A stretch of 64,000 bases of DNA from Octopus sinensis. Lineage: Eukaryota. The notes beneath the pieces are model-generated. The model did not search any database, was not told the origin of the DNA, and saw only the letters and a list, made by a program, of their open reading frames with translations. The stretch is from contig NC_042999.1 in NCBI RefSeq assembly GCF_006345805.1, positions 139,872,001 to 139,936,000 on the forward strand. The letters run 5' to 3'. The position numbers and the translations under genes are program-made. Below are positions 11,872 through 24,388 of the stretch, one piece after another (within the stretch, counting starts at the first letter, position 1; each line of letters begins with the position of its first letter).

Positions 11872-12951
11872 CAAGTGCTCTCCTGAACACTGAAAACCCT
11901 TGCTAAGCTACTACTATGAAAGCATTGAAGGGTTTTGCCTGAAATGTGAGACTTCTTCCTCAGAGCATAAAATTATTTCATTGTTTGACTTATTGATTTA
12001 TAATTAGATATACCATTTAAATGATTTATTCTGGTGAGATCTAATCATATCAGGAGTTAAAACTTCTAATTTATCAGGGTTGATATGTATCCAATATATA
12101 ACAATGATGATGCAATCAACTAATCAGCAAAAAATCAACATACACTATCATATATTACTGCAGCTAAAGATCTCATTTGAAGTGAATATGCTGACATAAA
12201 ACAATTAGTCTTAGCTGACTCAGTCTGCCTCCACAATAATAACTACAACCATCACTACTGTCACTGTTAAATACAAACAGTTGTCTAACTCATTTACACA
12301 CACACAAAGGACTGGATTTAAACCATGGGAGGCCTGAAGCACTGCATGTTTGGTGGCCCCTTATACACAAGAATTAAAATCTTAGGAAATTACCAAATTT
12401 AAATCTTAAAATCCATCTATTTCAAATAATTGAATTTGATGAATTAGCAGAGAGTTTAAACAAATGACTGAAAATGTCACTTTATATATACACTTTTTCA
12501 AATTTCATTTTTCACACATCCATTTGCAGTGTTTCACTTTTCTTTCATTATGAATGACAGAAAATTACGAAAAAGAAACAAATAATTATTGTGGTTGTTG
12601 CTGTTCTAACGACATAATGAGTGTGTGAAAGAGAAAGAGTGGGGAAATACCAACATTTAAAAGACATGGATTTTAAAATTTCTTTTTTTAAATGGCTTCC
12701 CTTCATTCTTTTGCTATGCATGAAAAAAACAGGGGTCACCCCAACAAAGATGGAAAAATTCAAACAGCTATTCCCAAATACCTGCTTTTCCAGTAACATT
12801 TACTGCATTTTTGACTTTCAAGAAAATATATTTTTAACAAATGTTCACTAATGTGTCAAAATTATATCAGCGAAGTAAAGACCTTCTCTAAACTCAGTAA
12901 AACTTATATTCAGAACACTATTTCAGAAAATGATCACTGTTCTCTTTGAGC

Positions 12952-14655
12952 ATCATCATCATTTAATGCCTGTTTTCCATACTGGCATGGGTTGGATGGT
13001 TTGACTAGGCATTGGCAAGCCAGGAGGCTGCACCAGACTCCAGTCTGATCTGGCAATGTTTCTACAGCTGGATATCCTTCCTAACGCCAACCACTCTGAA
13101 AGTGTAGTGGGTGCTGTTTACAGGCCACCAGCTATGTTTGGATGGTGTTTTATACGTACTACTGGCACAGGAGCCAGTCCAGGTGGGGGGAGGGGTTGAC
13201 ATCGACCACATTTGGATGGTGCTTTTCATGTGCCATTGGCACAGGGAGCCAGTTGGGCGGCACTGACAATGACCCCGTATGAATGGTGCTTATTGCATGC
13301 CACCAGTATGGGAGCCAGTCAGGCGGCATGAGCATGGGCTAGAACTACAATTACCATTTTTGATATCGATTTGATTGAGATTCTGATAGTAATTTTACTT
13401 GACTCAATAGGTCTCCTCAAGCATGGCATGTCACCCAACAATTCAAAGGTACTTTTTAAATGGGCTGGTTATGCGACACTGGAAATAGGCTATGGCTGTG
13501 ATCTCACTTTACTTGCCGGGTCTTCTCAATCACAGCATACCTCCAGAGGTCTCAGGCTCTTGTTGTTGCCTCTGTGAGGCCCAATGTTCGAAAGCCGTGC
13601 TTCACCACCTCATCCCATGTCTTCCTGGGTCTCCCTCTTCCACTGTTAAGGAGTGACACTTCTTCACACAGCTTTCCTCGTCCATACACAGCACAGCTGT
13701 CTCTCTTGCACACATCTGAGGCTTCTTATGTCCAACATTTCTCTCAGGGTGCTTACATTCTGTTGTGTGCACACACTGACATTACACATCCAGTGGATCA
13801 TACTAGCTTTCTGCCGTGTAGTATGGGAATATACACACATGCATCATACAGTTTACCTTTTACTTTGAGTGAGAGGCCCTTTGTCACCAGTAGAGGTAGG
13901 AGCCTTCTGAACTTTGTCCAGGCTATTCTTATTCTAATGGCAACACTCTCTGAGCATCCCCCACCTTCCGCACAACAGACTAGGTCACCTAGGTAGCGGA
14001 AGCTATCAACTACTTCTAGTTTCTCCCCCTGGCATGTGATGGAATTTGTTTTCTTTGCATCTTCTGTGATTATTGCCCCTGTGCATCTGCTGCACACAAA
14101 AAGCTATCATCCCGGTTAACCTTCCTTTGATGTCGCTGCATCTCTTATGCATCCATAGCTTACACTGGGTACATCTTATGGGGTTTCTACCTACACTTTT
14201 TCTACAGTTCAAGCAGGGCCATCTACCTAAAGGGGTTTGTGATTTGTTTGCCTTCCTACTTACTAGGACCTTGGTTTTTGCAACATTGATTCTAAGGCCC
14301 CCACTCTTCCTGGCCTGTTTCTTTACTCTAATGGCCTTGTCAACTGTATTATTTCAGTACCACATTACTCTAAGTCTGGAAGGGACTTTGCACCAGCCAT
14401 AGATTTGGTCTGTGGTGCTCAGTAAGCTGTCCCATAGGAATTTCCAGTTACCCTCTATATTCCAAGTCTCTAGCTCCTCCTCCCTCTTGTCAAATTTCTC
14501 AATGAGGATGTCCCTAAGTCTCTGACCATGCAAAAGGTTCTTTAGCTTCCAAATTCTTCTTTTCTGGATTGGTCTGCTTCTTTGTATCCGTCTGGCCTCG
14601 AGTGTAACGTCATTAATGACTAATCTATGCTGGGGGGGGGGTACATTCTTCATGA
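12952..14655 (-). mobile_element. Older RTE LINE copy of the same family with an internal deletion of the RT core
   Basis: (CAT)n tail at 12952. Fragments read GQRLRDILIE..GWCKVPSR, CRKSVGRNPIRCTQCKLWMHKRC and LEVVDSFRYLG. The RAIRE region joins directly to GLRINVAKTKV near 14310. Confidence 0.88.
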
Positions 14656-15063
14656 GGGAGGGTCTTTGTATTTAAGAGCAACTTTGCATGTAAAACACGA
14701 ATTTAGGCAGGGCAAAATGGATAAGACAAGACAAGGTAAATTTGCCCTTCCAGTTCTCCAGAATTAAATTTGAAAAACAAAGAGTCATACACATAAACAT
14801 TCATCCTTAGACATCAGAAATTTTAAATATCTTGGTCAATTGAAAGAGGATAAGGGGAAAATAACACATAATATGAAATTAATGAAACTCAGCTAAGTCT
14901 AAAAATTCAATATAAGATATTCTTTATAGCTTCTTGGGCAAAAATTATCCAGATATCTTATTAGCTACCTCAATTACAATTGAGTCAAATTTGAGGAAAT
15001 ATTTCTTGAAAATAATACCTGTCACCTATGTTTCAAACTCCCAACTTCAACAACTATGTAAAC

Positions 15064-15470
15064 CAGGGATTCTCAACCATTTTTTTACCCTGATTCCTAT
15101 TTCACTCCTGTGGACCCCCCACCACCACCACACCCATTCAGTGTTTAAAAAAATCATATTGTATTTTTATAATTAAATATTATTAGGACTTATATAAAAA
15201 TTGTTAAAATATTTTGTGTGCACCAGTGCGGGTGGCACGTAAAAAGCACCCACTACACTCACGGAGTGGTTGGCGTTAGGAAGGGCATCCAGCCGTAGAA
15301 ACACTGCCAGATTTGACTGGGCCTGATGAAGCCTTCTGGCTTCAAAGACCCCAGTAGAACCGTCCAACCCATGCTAGCATGGAAAACGGACGCTAAACGA
15401 TGATGATGATGATGATGATGATAGACCTATAACAAATTTCTTAACTGAATTCTATGAAAAATGAACGTTC
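15064..15470. mobile_element. hAT-like MITE interrupted by an RTE 3' fragment
   Basis: Starts with CAGGGATTCTCAACC, a hAT/Charlie-like terminus. The right end is not resolved. Confidence 0.4.
15220..15422 (+). mobile_element. Short 3' fragment of the young RTE family
   Basis: Matches 6720-6911 with only 3 substitutions over about 180 bp and ends in a (GAT)n tail. Confidence 0.93.
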
Positions 15471-15759
15471 ACAAGTAAAATGAGTTATAAATATACAAGT
15501 ATATATTTATTAAAATAAGATAGTACTTTAGTGTTAATTTCTTTAATGCAAATCAGACAGTTGGTGCTGCTCTGCTAGTTTTAAAATATTCTACTCCAAT
15601 GTTATCAATGATAATCAAAGATCACCTTTTTCTACAATGTAGATTTGAATGATGATGATGATGTAAATTCAATTACAAGCTTTTGACAGTAAGTTTGTAG
15701 CAGTGTTATTTCTTTTCCATACATTGTTCTCCATCTTTAAATGAGATTCTCCTGCAAAC

Positions 15760-16960
15760 AAATATCTACATCAGCAACATCAAAAAGAAATGTCACCTAA
15801 CATAGTATATTTAACTGCAGCAGGTCGTTAAACTGAGCTTGCATATCATTATGCAAGTTATTCAAATGTTATCATCATGCAAATTACTGTTACTTGATTC
15901 CAAACTAGGAAATTGTAATAATACACAACATACAAAATTTATTTTCTAGAGCTATACTTTCCTTAAAAATGCAGTAATAGCTCCTTTGGAGGATAGATAG
16001 CTTCTCCTTGAAGCTGTTTATTAATCAAATTAATTTTATCAAATATATCTGATAAATAAAATATATCACACTTAGCTGCAACCATTCGTTGGCTGAGATT
16101 GATGTTAGCCAGAAATGAGACAATAGTGTACCAAGGTGCAAAAAAAAAAAAATGACACAAACAATTACCTTTTGATAACCATTTCATTTCTGTGTGAATT
16201 CCAAAGCGGCAATGTGCACTTAATTGTTTTGCAAGTAAGTATTGCTGGTGTTATCACACGGTGTATACAAAATACAGAATTTATTAAATAAGCAATAAAA
16301 CCTCTGTATCTGCCTATCATGGATGCACAGTCATTAGCACAAGCTATTATATTTCTGAGGGAATATTATGTTCCTTGAAATAAGTTATGGTTTTGAAAAC
16401 TGCTTTGCCTTTAGTGTGTGTTATAAAATGTCTGAAAATAGCTTTACTATCTCTCAGGGTAGATTCATCAGGTTGAAAAGGAAATTTCTGTACTTGTAAT
16501 TCGGCTACTAGCTGCTTTTCTACATCTTAACCATTTCATCAATGGCACCGTGACACTGATGAGTTACTTAAAGGAATCTTACAAGTAATTTCATTCACCT
16601 TGTTTCATAAGTGATGAAACTATGACAGATGCCACAGGCAAAATTAGTTTCATCGATATTATGGGGTTTCCCAACCTCTGCTATAATTTTAGAAATTTCA
16701 TAAGACACCAGTCAACCATTATTATTTTTTCATAATTCATTACTAAATATCTGATTCACCATTTTCCTTGCTTGAAATTCATTGCGCAGCTTTTTAAAAT
16801 ATTTTACTAGATTGTTTTACTTGTCTTTGAACTTGGTCTCTAAATAGATTTTTAGCTTAGCTGGCTTCATACTATCATTTGACAGCATATCCATACATAT
16901 GAGAGACATTAGTTTCACTTCATTCTGTGGCAAGAGAATACAGCCATAAGACAGATATTT
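15760..16960 (-). pseudogene. hAT (Charlie/Buster-like) transposase relic
   Basis: Fragments FQPDESTLRDSKAI, CANDCASMIGRYRG, KWLSKGNCL and YLSDIFDKINLINKQLQG. Confidence 0.8.
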
Positions 16961-17029
16961 AATGGAATACTGTCAGCATTTCTTAGTTAAAGGAGCAGAA
17001 TTTTGGTTTAAGCACACCGTATAACCCCT

Positions 17030-18670
17030 CATAACTTTTCTATTTTTTGGAATTTTCAGAAAATTTCTGCAAATTTGTCTTCTACACATGAGAATTCAAA
17101 TGATTATGCAAATAAAGTTTTTATGTGTGATTTAGGCAATTTAGCCATTGTTTTTAGCACATCAAAACCTTCCTTGTTTCTTTGTCACTATGATGTAGTG
17201 ATATTGTTCAAGAGTGGTCCATTGCTGGAATCTAAGCAAAAAGTTCTGAGTGTCTGTATTTTAAACTCCAATTTTTTTTAAAAATTGAAAGAAGTAGGAA
17301 ATTTTAGAATTGATGGGGTTTTAAATAAAAAATTTTTGGTTTTTTTTTTGCAATAAACACATGAATTCTAGTGCATAGAACACAAATTCACAAAAATTTT
17401 CTGAAAATTCCAAAAAATAAAAGCCACGACCACCTGCCACCTTTGTTTCTACTCTTTGTATTTCTTTTTTTAAATCACAGTTTGAAATATGGATAGTCCG
17501 AATTTTTGGCTCAAATCCCACCCTTGGGTGCATTAACATTCCATTAAATGTGTTTTGGGGAGAAAAACATTGAAAAATATTAATACATGCCGGTGGCAAA
17601 GAAATGAAGATGGGGTCAGGTAGTTGTGAGATGTTCTAAAAATAATGGGTCTGTTCAGTTTCGGTCACAGATTTTAAAAATTATTCTATTTTTTAACTGA
17701 ACAGTTTGAAATTTCGTATACTGGTCTACTTTCAACATTTTTTACAAAATTTTGTATCTTAGAAGTTATCTCATGTTAAAGTTGTCGTATTTGGGTAATT
17801 TCAACCAATCAAGAAAGTTACTGCTGTTTGTGATAGTAATCAAAGAAGAACAACTTCCAGGTCATCTCTACTAAATGTCACCACTCTGTTCTATTTTGTT
17901 TGTTTATTGCCTGTGTTGCATAGTAGACACTTTTTTTCTTTTCGGTTCTCAGGTCAGAATAACCAGTAAACATTGAAAAATCAGCACCAAGAAGGAAGAA
18001 ATATCATTTACATATATTTATTTGTTTGCCTGACATGTAGTTAGAGATACAGCAATAATTTTAGTGGCAGTGACAAGTTCACTCGTTGGTTTTTAGTGGA
18101 CAGTGTAGAAGTGGCTGTCTGCCAGTAGAGAGAGAAGAGTAAGGAATGCATGGTGCTGACTAGAAAGGAATAAAGGATAAAGGTGGCATTGTCTTTCTTT
18201 CGGTGAAAAGCTTCTCTTTTGTGTCAGCTATGACCAAGGAGCAACACTTCCTTTTTGCCCTTCACTTGACATATGAACAGAACAGAGTAGTGACATTTAG
18301 TAGAGATGAATTGGAAATTGTTCCCTTTCGATATCTATCACAAACAGCAGTAGCTTTTTTAAACTAATACTTATCGTTGATTGGTTAAAATTACACAAAT
18401 ATGACTAACATGAAATGACTTCTAAAATAGGAAATTTCATCAAAAATGTTCAAAGTAAACCATGTTCTGCGTGAGAAATTACACCAGTATACAAAATTTT
18501 AAACTGTTTAGTTAAAAAAAAAAAAAATCTATGAGTGAAATTGAACAGATCCAAAATAACAGCTAAATCAACCTTAAATCACACACGATTTTTTTTCCAT
18601 AATGAGTTGAATTGTCATGTGTAGAAGACAAATTCACAAAAATTTTCTGAAAATTCCAAAACATATAAAA
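17030..18670. mobile_element. Outer inverted-repeat element (MITE) with TIRs of about 130 bp
   Basis: 17040-17160 (TTTTGGAATTTTCAGAAAATTT..GTCTTCTACACATG..GTGTGATTTA) is the reverse complement of 18553-18665. Confidence 0.6.
17647..18552. mobile_element. Inner MITE with TIRs of about 170 bp
   Basis: GGGTCTGTTCA..CAACCAATCAA (17647-17811) is inverted at 18377-18552. Flanks AAAATAAT and AAAATAAC resemble an 8-bp TSD. Confidence 0.7.
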
Positions 18671-18894
18671 AAAGTTCTATGTAATATTATATTTATCAGT
18701 AATGGATTAAAATAATTGTAAATTTTTTCTTGGAATACATGTTAAAATACCAGTATAGAAGATATGAAAACTTTCTTATCTTTATCCTAACAAAACTAAC
18801 TTGGAGAAGTCTTTCAAAAATATGTTGAAATCAACTTGTTGATAAGAACTTTGGTATTTCTCCTGTGAATTTTCTGTCCTCCTCCTTTCTCTCT

Positions 18895-19037
18895 ATACAC
18901 ACACACATATATACACACGCATGTATACTTATATATACATATAGCCACACTTATATACATACACACACGTGTATATGTATATACATGTGTGTGCACAGAC
19001 AGCCAGACAATGCAAAGGTACATACAAAAGCACACAC

Positions 19038-19105
<68 letters not shown>

Positions 19106-19113
19106 TTGTATAT
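18895..19113. repeat. Compound (TA)n/(CA)n microsatellite
   Basis: Long pure TA run at 19026-19096 within CA/TA-rich sequence. Confidence 0.95.
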
Positions 19114-20760
19114 GTGTTTGTAGTACAAATAAACATTCTCTGGGGAGCAGTGAACTGGGTGGGGGGATTACTTTGAGTACCACTAACCTGCTATGCCAAC
19201 CCTGTTCTTTGATACCAAAACTAAGAATGTATATATTCTTATAAATTTGTTGCTGCTGTTGTTGACATAGCCTTTTCTTGGTATTATTTCTTTCATCTTT
19301 CTAGGGAATTCCCAAAAGAATTTTATGACCAGCTTCATAGATATGTTTTCTTTTTATATTATATTTTTTCTTTATTCTTGAGTTGAAAAGTAGTAAAGAA
19401 ATTAGTAAAGAAAGGATTTCTAGCAATGTATTTTAGGGTGTTTTAAAAACAAGTTTCTTAGTCTCAGTGCACCATTGTACAGGGTCCACATTAAAAACTA
19501 CTGGTCTAAAGCACAATTTTTCATGACCCTGGACAACCAATTTACTGCATTCTATCTGTAGACCTCCAGAAATTTTGTATGGACCCCAGTTGAGAACCCC
19601 TGATATAAAGTATACTGACCAATTTTTATTCCCAACTACAAAACCTATATTGACCAAATTCTACTCCCAAAGATGATGGAATGGTACAAAATGAGAGGAA
19701 ATCAGAAATTATTCATTTTGACAGAATGACAAAAAATATATGAAAAAAATAAGAAAGAAAAAGGTTCTATTTAATGAAACATTCAAATATATATGCAATA
19801 ATTCTAAAGCTGAAAAACAATGCTTTTAGCTGTTGAGAGATTAATTTTATCATTAAAACTAAATTCAACATTTTTTTTTAGAAGTAGAAATGTATGTGTG
19901 TGTGTGCTTCTAACCACTATTGGTCAAGCCACGGTCAAGCTCAGTCATGTGTTGGAAGAATTTCTTGCCTAGAGACAATAACATTTTTCTATCAATCTCT
20001 TTATACATTAATACTTACATACACAAACAAACACACACAGGGATATACATAGTCAGGGTTGTTCTGTTGTTTCTCTTTTCTCTGTTGTCCCAAAAGCAGC
20101 TACAATTCCCTTGCAAATTGTAAGTGCTTTGGAACAAGGTATAAATTGTTTTTTAATTTGATTTGGTGTCTCAAGTGGCAAAGTCTTTATTTATCATAAA
20201 AAGAGGATCCATTACAGTTTTTAAGAAGTCAAGATACCTCTTGGAGGTGGTGGACAGCTCACTGTACTGAGTGCTACATACCCTTCTTAGCAGGGGTACC
20301 CAATATCTAGATGCCTAGGGCAATTACTCCCCTCCCCTCCCTGCAACCCTTTAAATCTGTCCCTGTACACATACACACACTATACATCTAACATCATAAA
20401 ATTTTGCAAGAAATTGTAACTGATTTTAGTGATTAACTTCTTTCAAATCTATTGAAGAAAACCTTATTTCTTGGCATCACAAATGATCAAACATCCATGA
20501 GTGGCCAATACAATCCAAAATATCATTAGCTCATTGTTCTCTTTCCTAATTGATATATGTGATTTTACTTCAATTTTCTAATTTAAATTGGATTCAGTTT
20601 CTTATATTTTAACCAACATAACTATTATTATCATGCAATTCCCACTCCCACCCTATTTCTGCTAATAAATATACATCTTATAGTGATTCACTCTACTAAC
20701 ACTTCAACAGTGAAAATCCTAAACAAGAGTATAATATCTGGAGTTGTCTTTCATACTTAC

Positions 20761-20913
20761 CAATTACAAAATTATAATAGTCACCAACTAATGTTATTTC
20801 TCTCTTTCATTAGGTTTTTTTATATTACTTTCTGGAATTTTGCTCCCACCCATGTAGTTTTTTCTGTTGTCAATGTAATTAATATCCTCAAAAAATGATA
20901 ATGTTAACATCAA
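20761..20913 (-). other. Candidate 153-nt non-coding exon
   Basis: Acceptor TGTTTTGTTCTCTGTAG| and donor TTG|GTAAGT, with stops in all three frames. Confidence 0.35.
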
Positions 20914-21862
20914 CTACAGAGAACAAAACAGTAATTATTACAATAGAAGAAAATCTATGAATGTTGAAAGAAATATTCTGGAGGAAGTAGCTGTCTTTTA
21001 AAAAAAAAATCTTGACTCAGATAGCAGACAGCAAAGAATGAAAACAGAAATTGGAGGATGAGACTGTAATATAATTACTGTTTCTAACATAAATGCAAGG
21101 CCTGAAATTTTGGAGTATAGGCGGTTTAACTGATTAAATCAATACCAGTCAGTACCTGACTGGCACATTATTTTAATTACACCAAAAGGATGAAAGGCAA
21201 AATTGGGCTTGGTGGGATTTAAAATTAGAATGAAAAAAGTACTAGAAAAATATTGCAAGGCATTTATTCCAACACACATGATTAATGCATACTTCATAAA
21301 CTCTAAAACGAGGGAATGCAAAATTGACACCATAAGTACTTCAACTAAGAATAAAAGTAAATATGCTAATTCTGTTGAGGTCAACTTTGCCTTTCAACCT
21401 TTGGTGGTAGTGGGGGTGGGTTGGTCAATAAAATAAGTACTAGTTGAACCCTAGGGTTGTTGTAATCAATTTATTCTCTCCTTTGAAATTGCTGGCCTTG
21501 TGCCAAAATTTAAAGCCAGTATAAGTCAATGTCACAAAGCACTATTTCTATAACCACCTACTTCCCTTAATAATAATATTAAGGCGAATGATCAGGGTTG
21601 TAGGGGTTTTCAGTACCCTTGAACACTTAAAACCATCACAAAAACACTTATTTGGGCCTCCACCTTAATAATTTTGTTTTTTCTTATTACAATAAAAAAA
21701 AACTGAAAAAGTCTCAGCCAACTGCCTGGAGTAGTTAAACAGCCAGCTGAAAACAAGAATCAACAACATTCCAGTTGACAATTTTCATAGATCTGTAACT
21801 GTCAGAATTATATATATATAAACACACACACACACATATATATATAAGAACTTCAAACTTAC

Positions 21863-21902
21863 CAACATCATATTCTTCATTTATCTGATTTTGAGATTTC
21901 AA
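21863..21902 (-). CDS. Candidate 40-nt coding exon (LKSQNQINEEYDV + 1 nt), phase 0 in and phase 1 out
   Basis: Acceptor TTTATTTTTTTCTCCAG| and donor TTG|GTAAGT; the phase-0 frame is open. Confidence 0.55.
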
Positions 21903-22476
21903 CTGGAGAAAAAATAAACATATTCTATATTAGATAATATATAATGCATTTTAATTTCGTTAGACACTAAAATAAACAAGCAAGCAAAATAGACAGTATG
22001 ATGGGACTCCTGAAAGTTGTGTGAGGAGCGAGTGTATATAGCTGCCATTTCAAACTATTAAAATAAGTAGCTAAGTCACTACAAACCACACATAAAATGG
22101 GCATGAATATTATAATCCTAAATATAACATTTGAAGTGATGGTCATGTTTGTCAAATTTCTACTCAATGTTGCTACTAGGATAGATGGAAGGGAAGATGA
22201 ATTTCACATCATTGCTTTGAACAAGATACTATATAAATACATCAAAGAATAGCGAGATGTGGTATCATATTTCATAATATTTGTTCGATTCTTTTCTACA
22301 TTATATGATACTCATAATTTCACTCTGATATGATTCATATGAACAAGAGCATTATCAGGGAAGGGATTTAGTGACTCTGCAAAAGCTCTAAGTAAATTAA
22401 TTCTTCTATCTTAGCAGAACAGCTCAAGGGAGATTACTAGTTATGGTCTCTATAACCTTTCAGTGTGATACAATAG

Positions 22477-22545
22477 TTAAATGTGGCTAACCTTTAAGGG
22501 TGGATGCTACTGTAGCATCCACCCTTAAGGGTTAGCCACATTTAA
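22477..22545. repeat. 69-bp near-perfect palindrome bounded by TTAA
   Basis: TTAAATGTGGCTAACCTTTAAGGGTGGATGCTAC-T-GTAGCATCCACCCTTAAGGGTTAGCCACATTTAA, one mismatch. Confidence 0.9.
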
Positions 22546-22837
22546 GTGGCAAATGCTTCACGATGTCGTGCAGCTACTGTTTATAACTCGCTCAGAGATT
22601 TATTATTGCGTCTTAATAGAGTTTTCGGTTATAAAACTTTTACTCAATGGTGGGTTATTTAACAGTTAACGATAACAAAAGATATTGCTGTATTTAAAAT
22701 AATTCGTAGTGTTGACTTTGCAGCAACACTTCTATAAATCTGTATGTGGACACACTCATATAAATTTGTTTATAGTTTTATATTTGATAATGTTCAACAG
22801 ACACACGCAAGGATTCACAGTGTGATCTATCTATCCT

Positions 22838-22873
<36 letters not shown>

Positions 22874-22875
<2 letters not shown>

Positions 22876-24388
22876 GTATCTCACAAAAATATGTACACCC
22901 CTAAACAAATTTCAGTAAAATTGCCATTACTCTGATAATATCGAAGGAAATCAAACGAAATTTATACAGAATAAAGTATATTATACATGCAAATATACAA
23001 ATTTGGAATACAAAACAATAAGCATTTTCAAACGATACAAAAATATGTACACCCCAAAGAATTATTTGCCATATTCAATATTTGGTGTGACCGTCCTTGC
23101 TTTCAATGACAGTTTTCTGGGCATAGAGTCAACTAAATTTCAGCAGTTAACCGATTAAATCAACCTCCATTCATCCTGAATGATGGCTTTCAACTGTGTT
23201 ACACTGCGGGGCTTTTTTCTCCTCAACCTTACTTTTCAAAACACCCCACAGATGTTCTATTGGGTTGAAATCAGGGGACATGGTAGGTCAAGGCAATGCC
23301 TTTTCCTTTTTATATGTTAAAAACTAAGTCGTCATCTTCCTAGTTCTTTGAGGCTTTTCAACATTGCTTTCTGCAATAAGTCACAATAAAGCCTCGAACC
23401 CATTGTTCTCTCAATAAATGTGAGTCCTCCCACACCAGCCGCACGCATGCATCCCCAAAGCCTAACACTTCCACCGCCATGTTTCAGGGCAGGCACGGTG
23501 CATTTGTCACTATCTTCACCTGGTGGTCGCAATACTCATTTAATACCATCTGACACAAACAGGTTGATTTTAGGCTCGTCAGAAAAAAAAAAAACCATTC
23601 AAAAACTCCTTCCCCTTACTTACGTAGGCTTCGGCAAAAGAAAGACGACTTGATTTATGCCTGGTAGTGAGGAGAGGCTTCCTACGAGGAATACGTCCAT
23701 GAAGACCACACTGGTTCAAACTTCGGCGAACTGTTTGAGCGGATACACTCTTTTCACTTACAGAAGACACTTCTTGGGCCAAAGATGAAGCGGTACGACG
23801 CCTGTCGTCCATCACGCAACGTTGGATGTGTCGAATATCACGCGCAGTTAAAATAGAAGGGCGACCTGGACGATGTTTATTGCTTAGCCGTCCAGTAGCT
23901 TTGTACTTCTGAATTACTTTGGCAATTGTGTTTACGCTAATATCTGTTCGTTCGCTAATTAACTTGTATCCTAAACCATTCTTGTGCAAATTAAAAATAA
24001 TTTTCTTCAAATCTTCAGACAATTCTTTTCCTTTTGGTGCCATTTTAATCACAATGAAGATTTTCACCACGGTACACAAATAAGAATTCCTGTAGATGCA
24101 ATAACAGTAACCGGTGCAAAAATGCCAGGAGAAATAATTTATTAGAATTGAAATTATCAGCAATATTTTGATTTAGTGAAAAAAGTGGATAAAATATTGA
24201 ATGTAGCAAATTTCCTCTATTGTGTACATATTTTTGTAACGTTTGAAAATTAATATTTCGTTCCTATCTTTGAAAATGTTTATTATTTCATTCAGTATAA
24301 ATTTCGTTTGATTTTCTTCGATATTATTAGTGTAATGGCAATTTTACTGAAATTTGTTTAGGGGTGTACATACTTCTGTGAGATGCCC
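22874..24388 (-). mobile_element. Near full-length Tc1 (DD34E) transposon
   Basis: TA-CAGTATCTCACAAAAATATGTACACCCC TIR of about 100 bp is mirrored at 24285-24388. Transposase motifs MAPKGKEL, GRPS, KHGGGSV..WGC and SPDFNPIEHLW are present. Confidence 0.93.
23070..24043 (-). pseudogene. Tc1 transposase: N-terminal HTH region intact, DDE region frameshifted and with stops
   Basis: Open from ATG 24043 to the poly-T slip near 23590; the catalytic half is disrupted. Confidence 0.85.

Noticed and set aside
18814-19244. Overlapping IY/HT/CV-rich ORFs, also at 24.7, 25.9-26.5, 30.3 and 42.7 kb
   Set aside because: They are translations of dinucleotide microsatellites.
20075-20126. Plus-strand acceptor, ~20-nt exon and GTAAGT
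   Set aside because: It is isolated, with no other plus-strand exons to support a gene.
22874-24388. Active autonomous Tc1
   Set aside because: The DDE half has a frameshift and stop codons.
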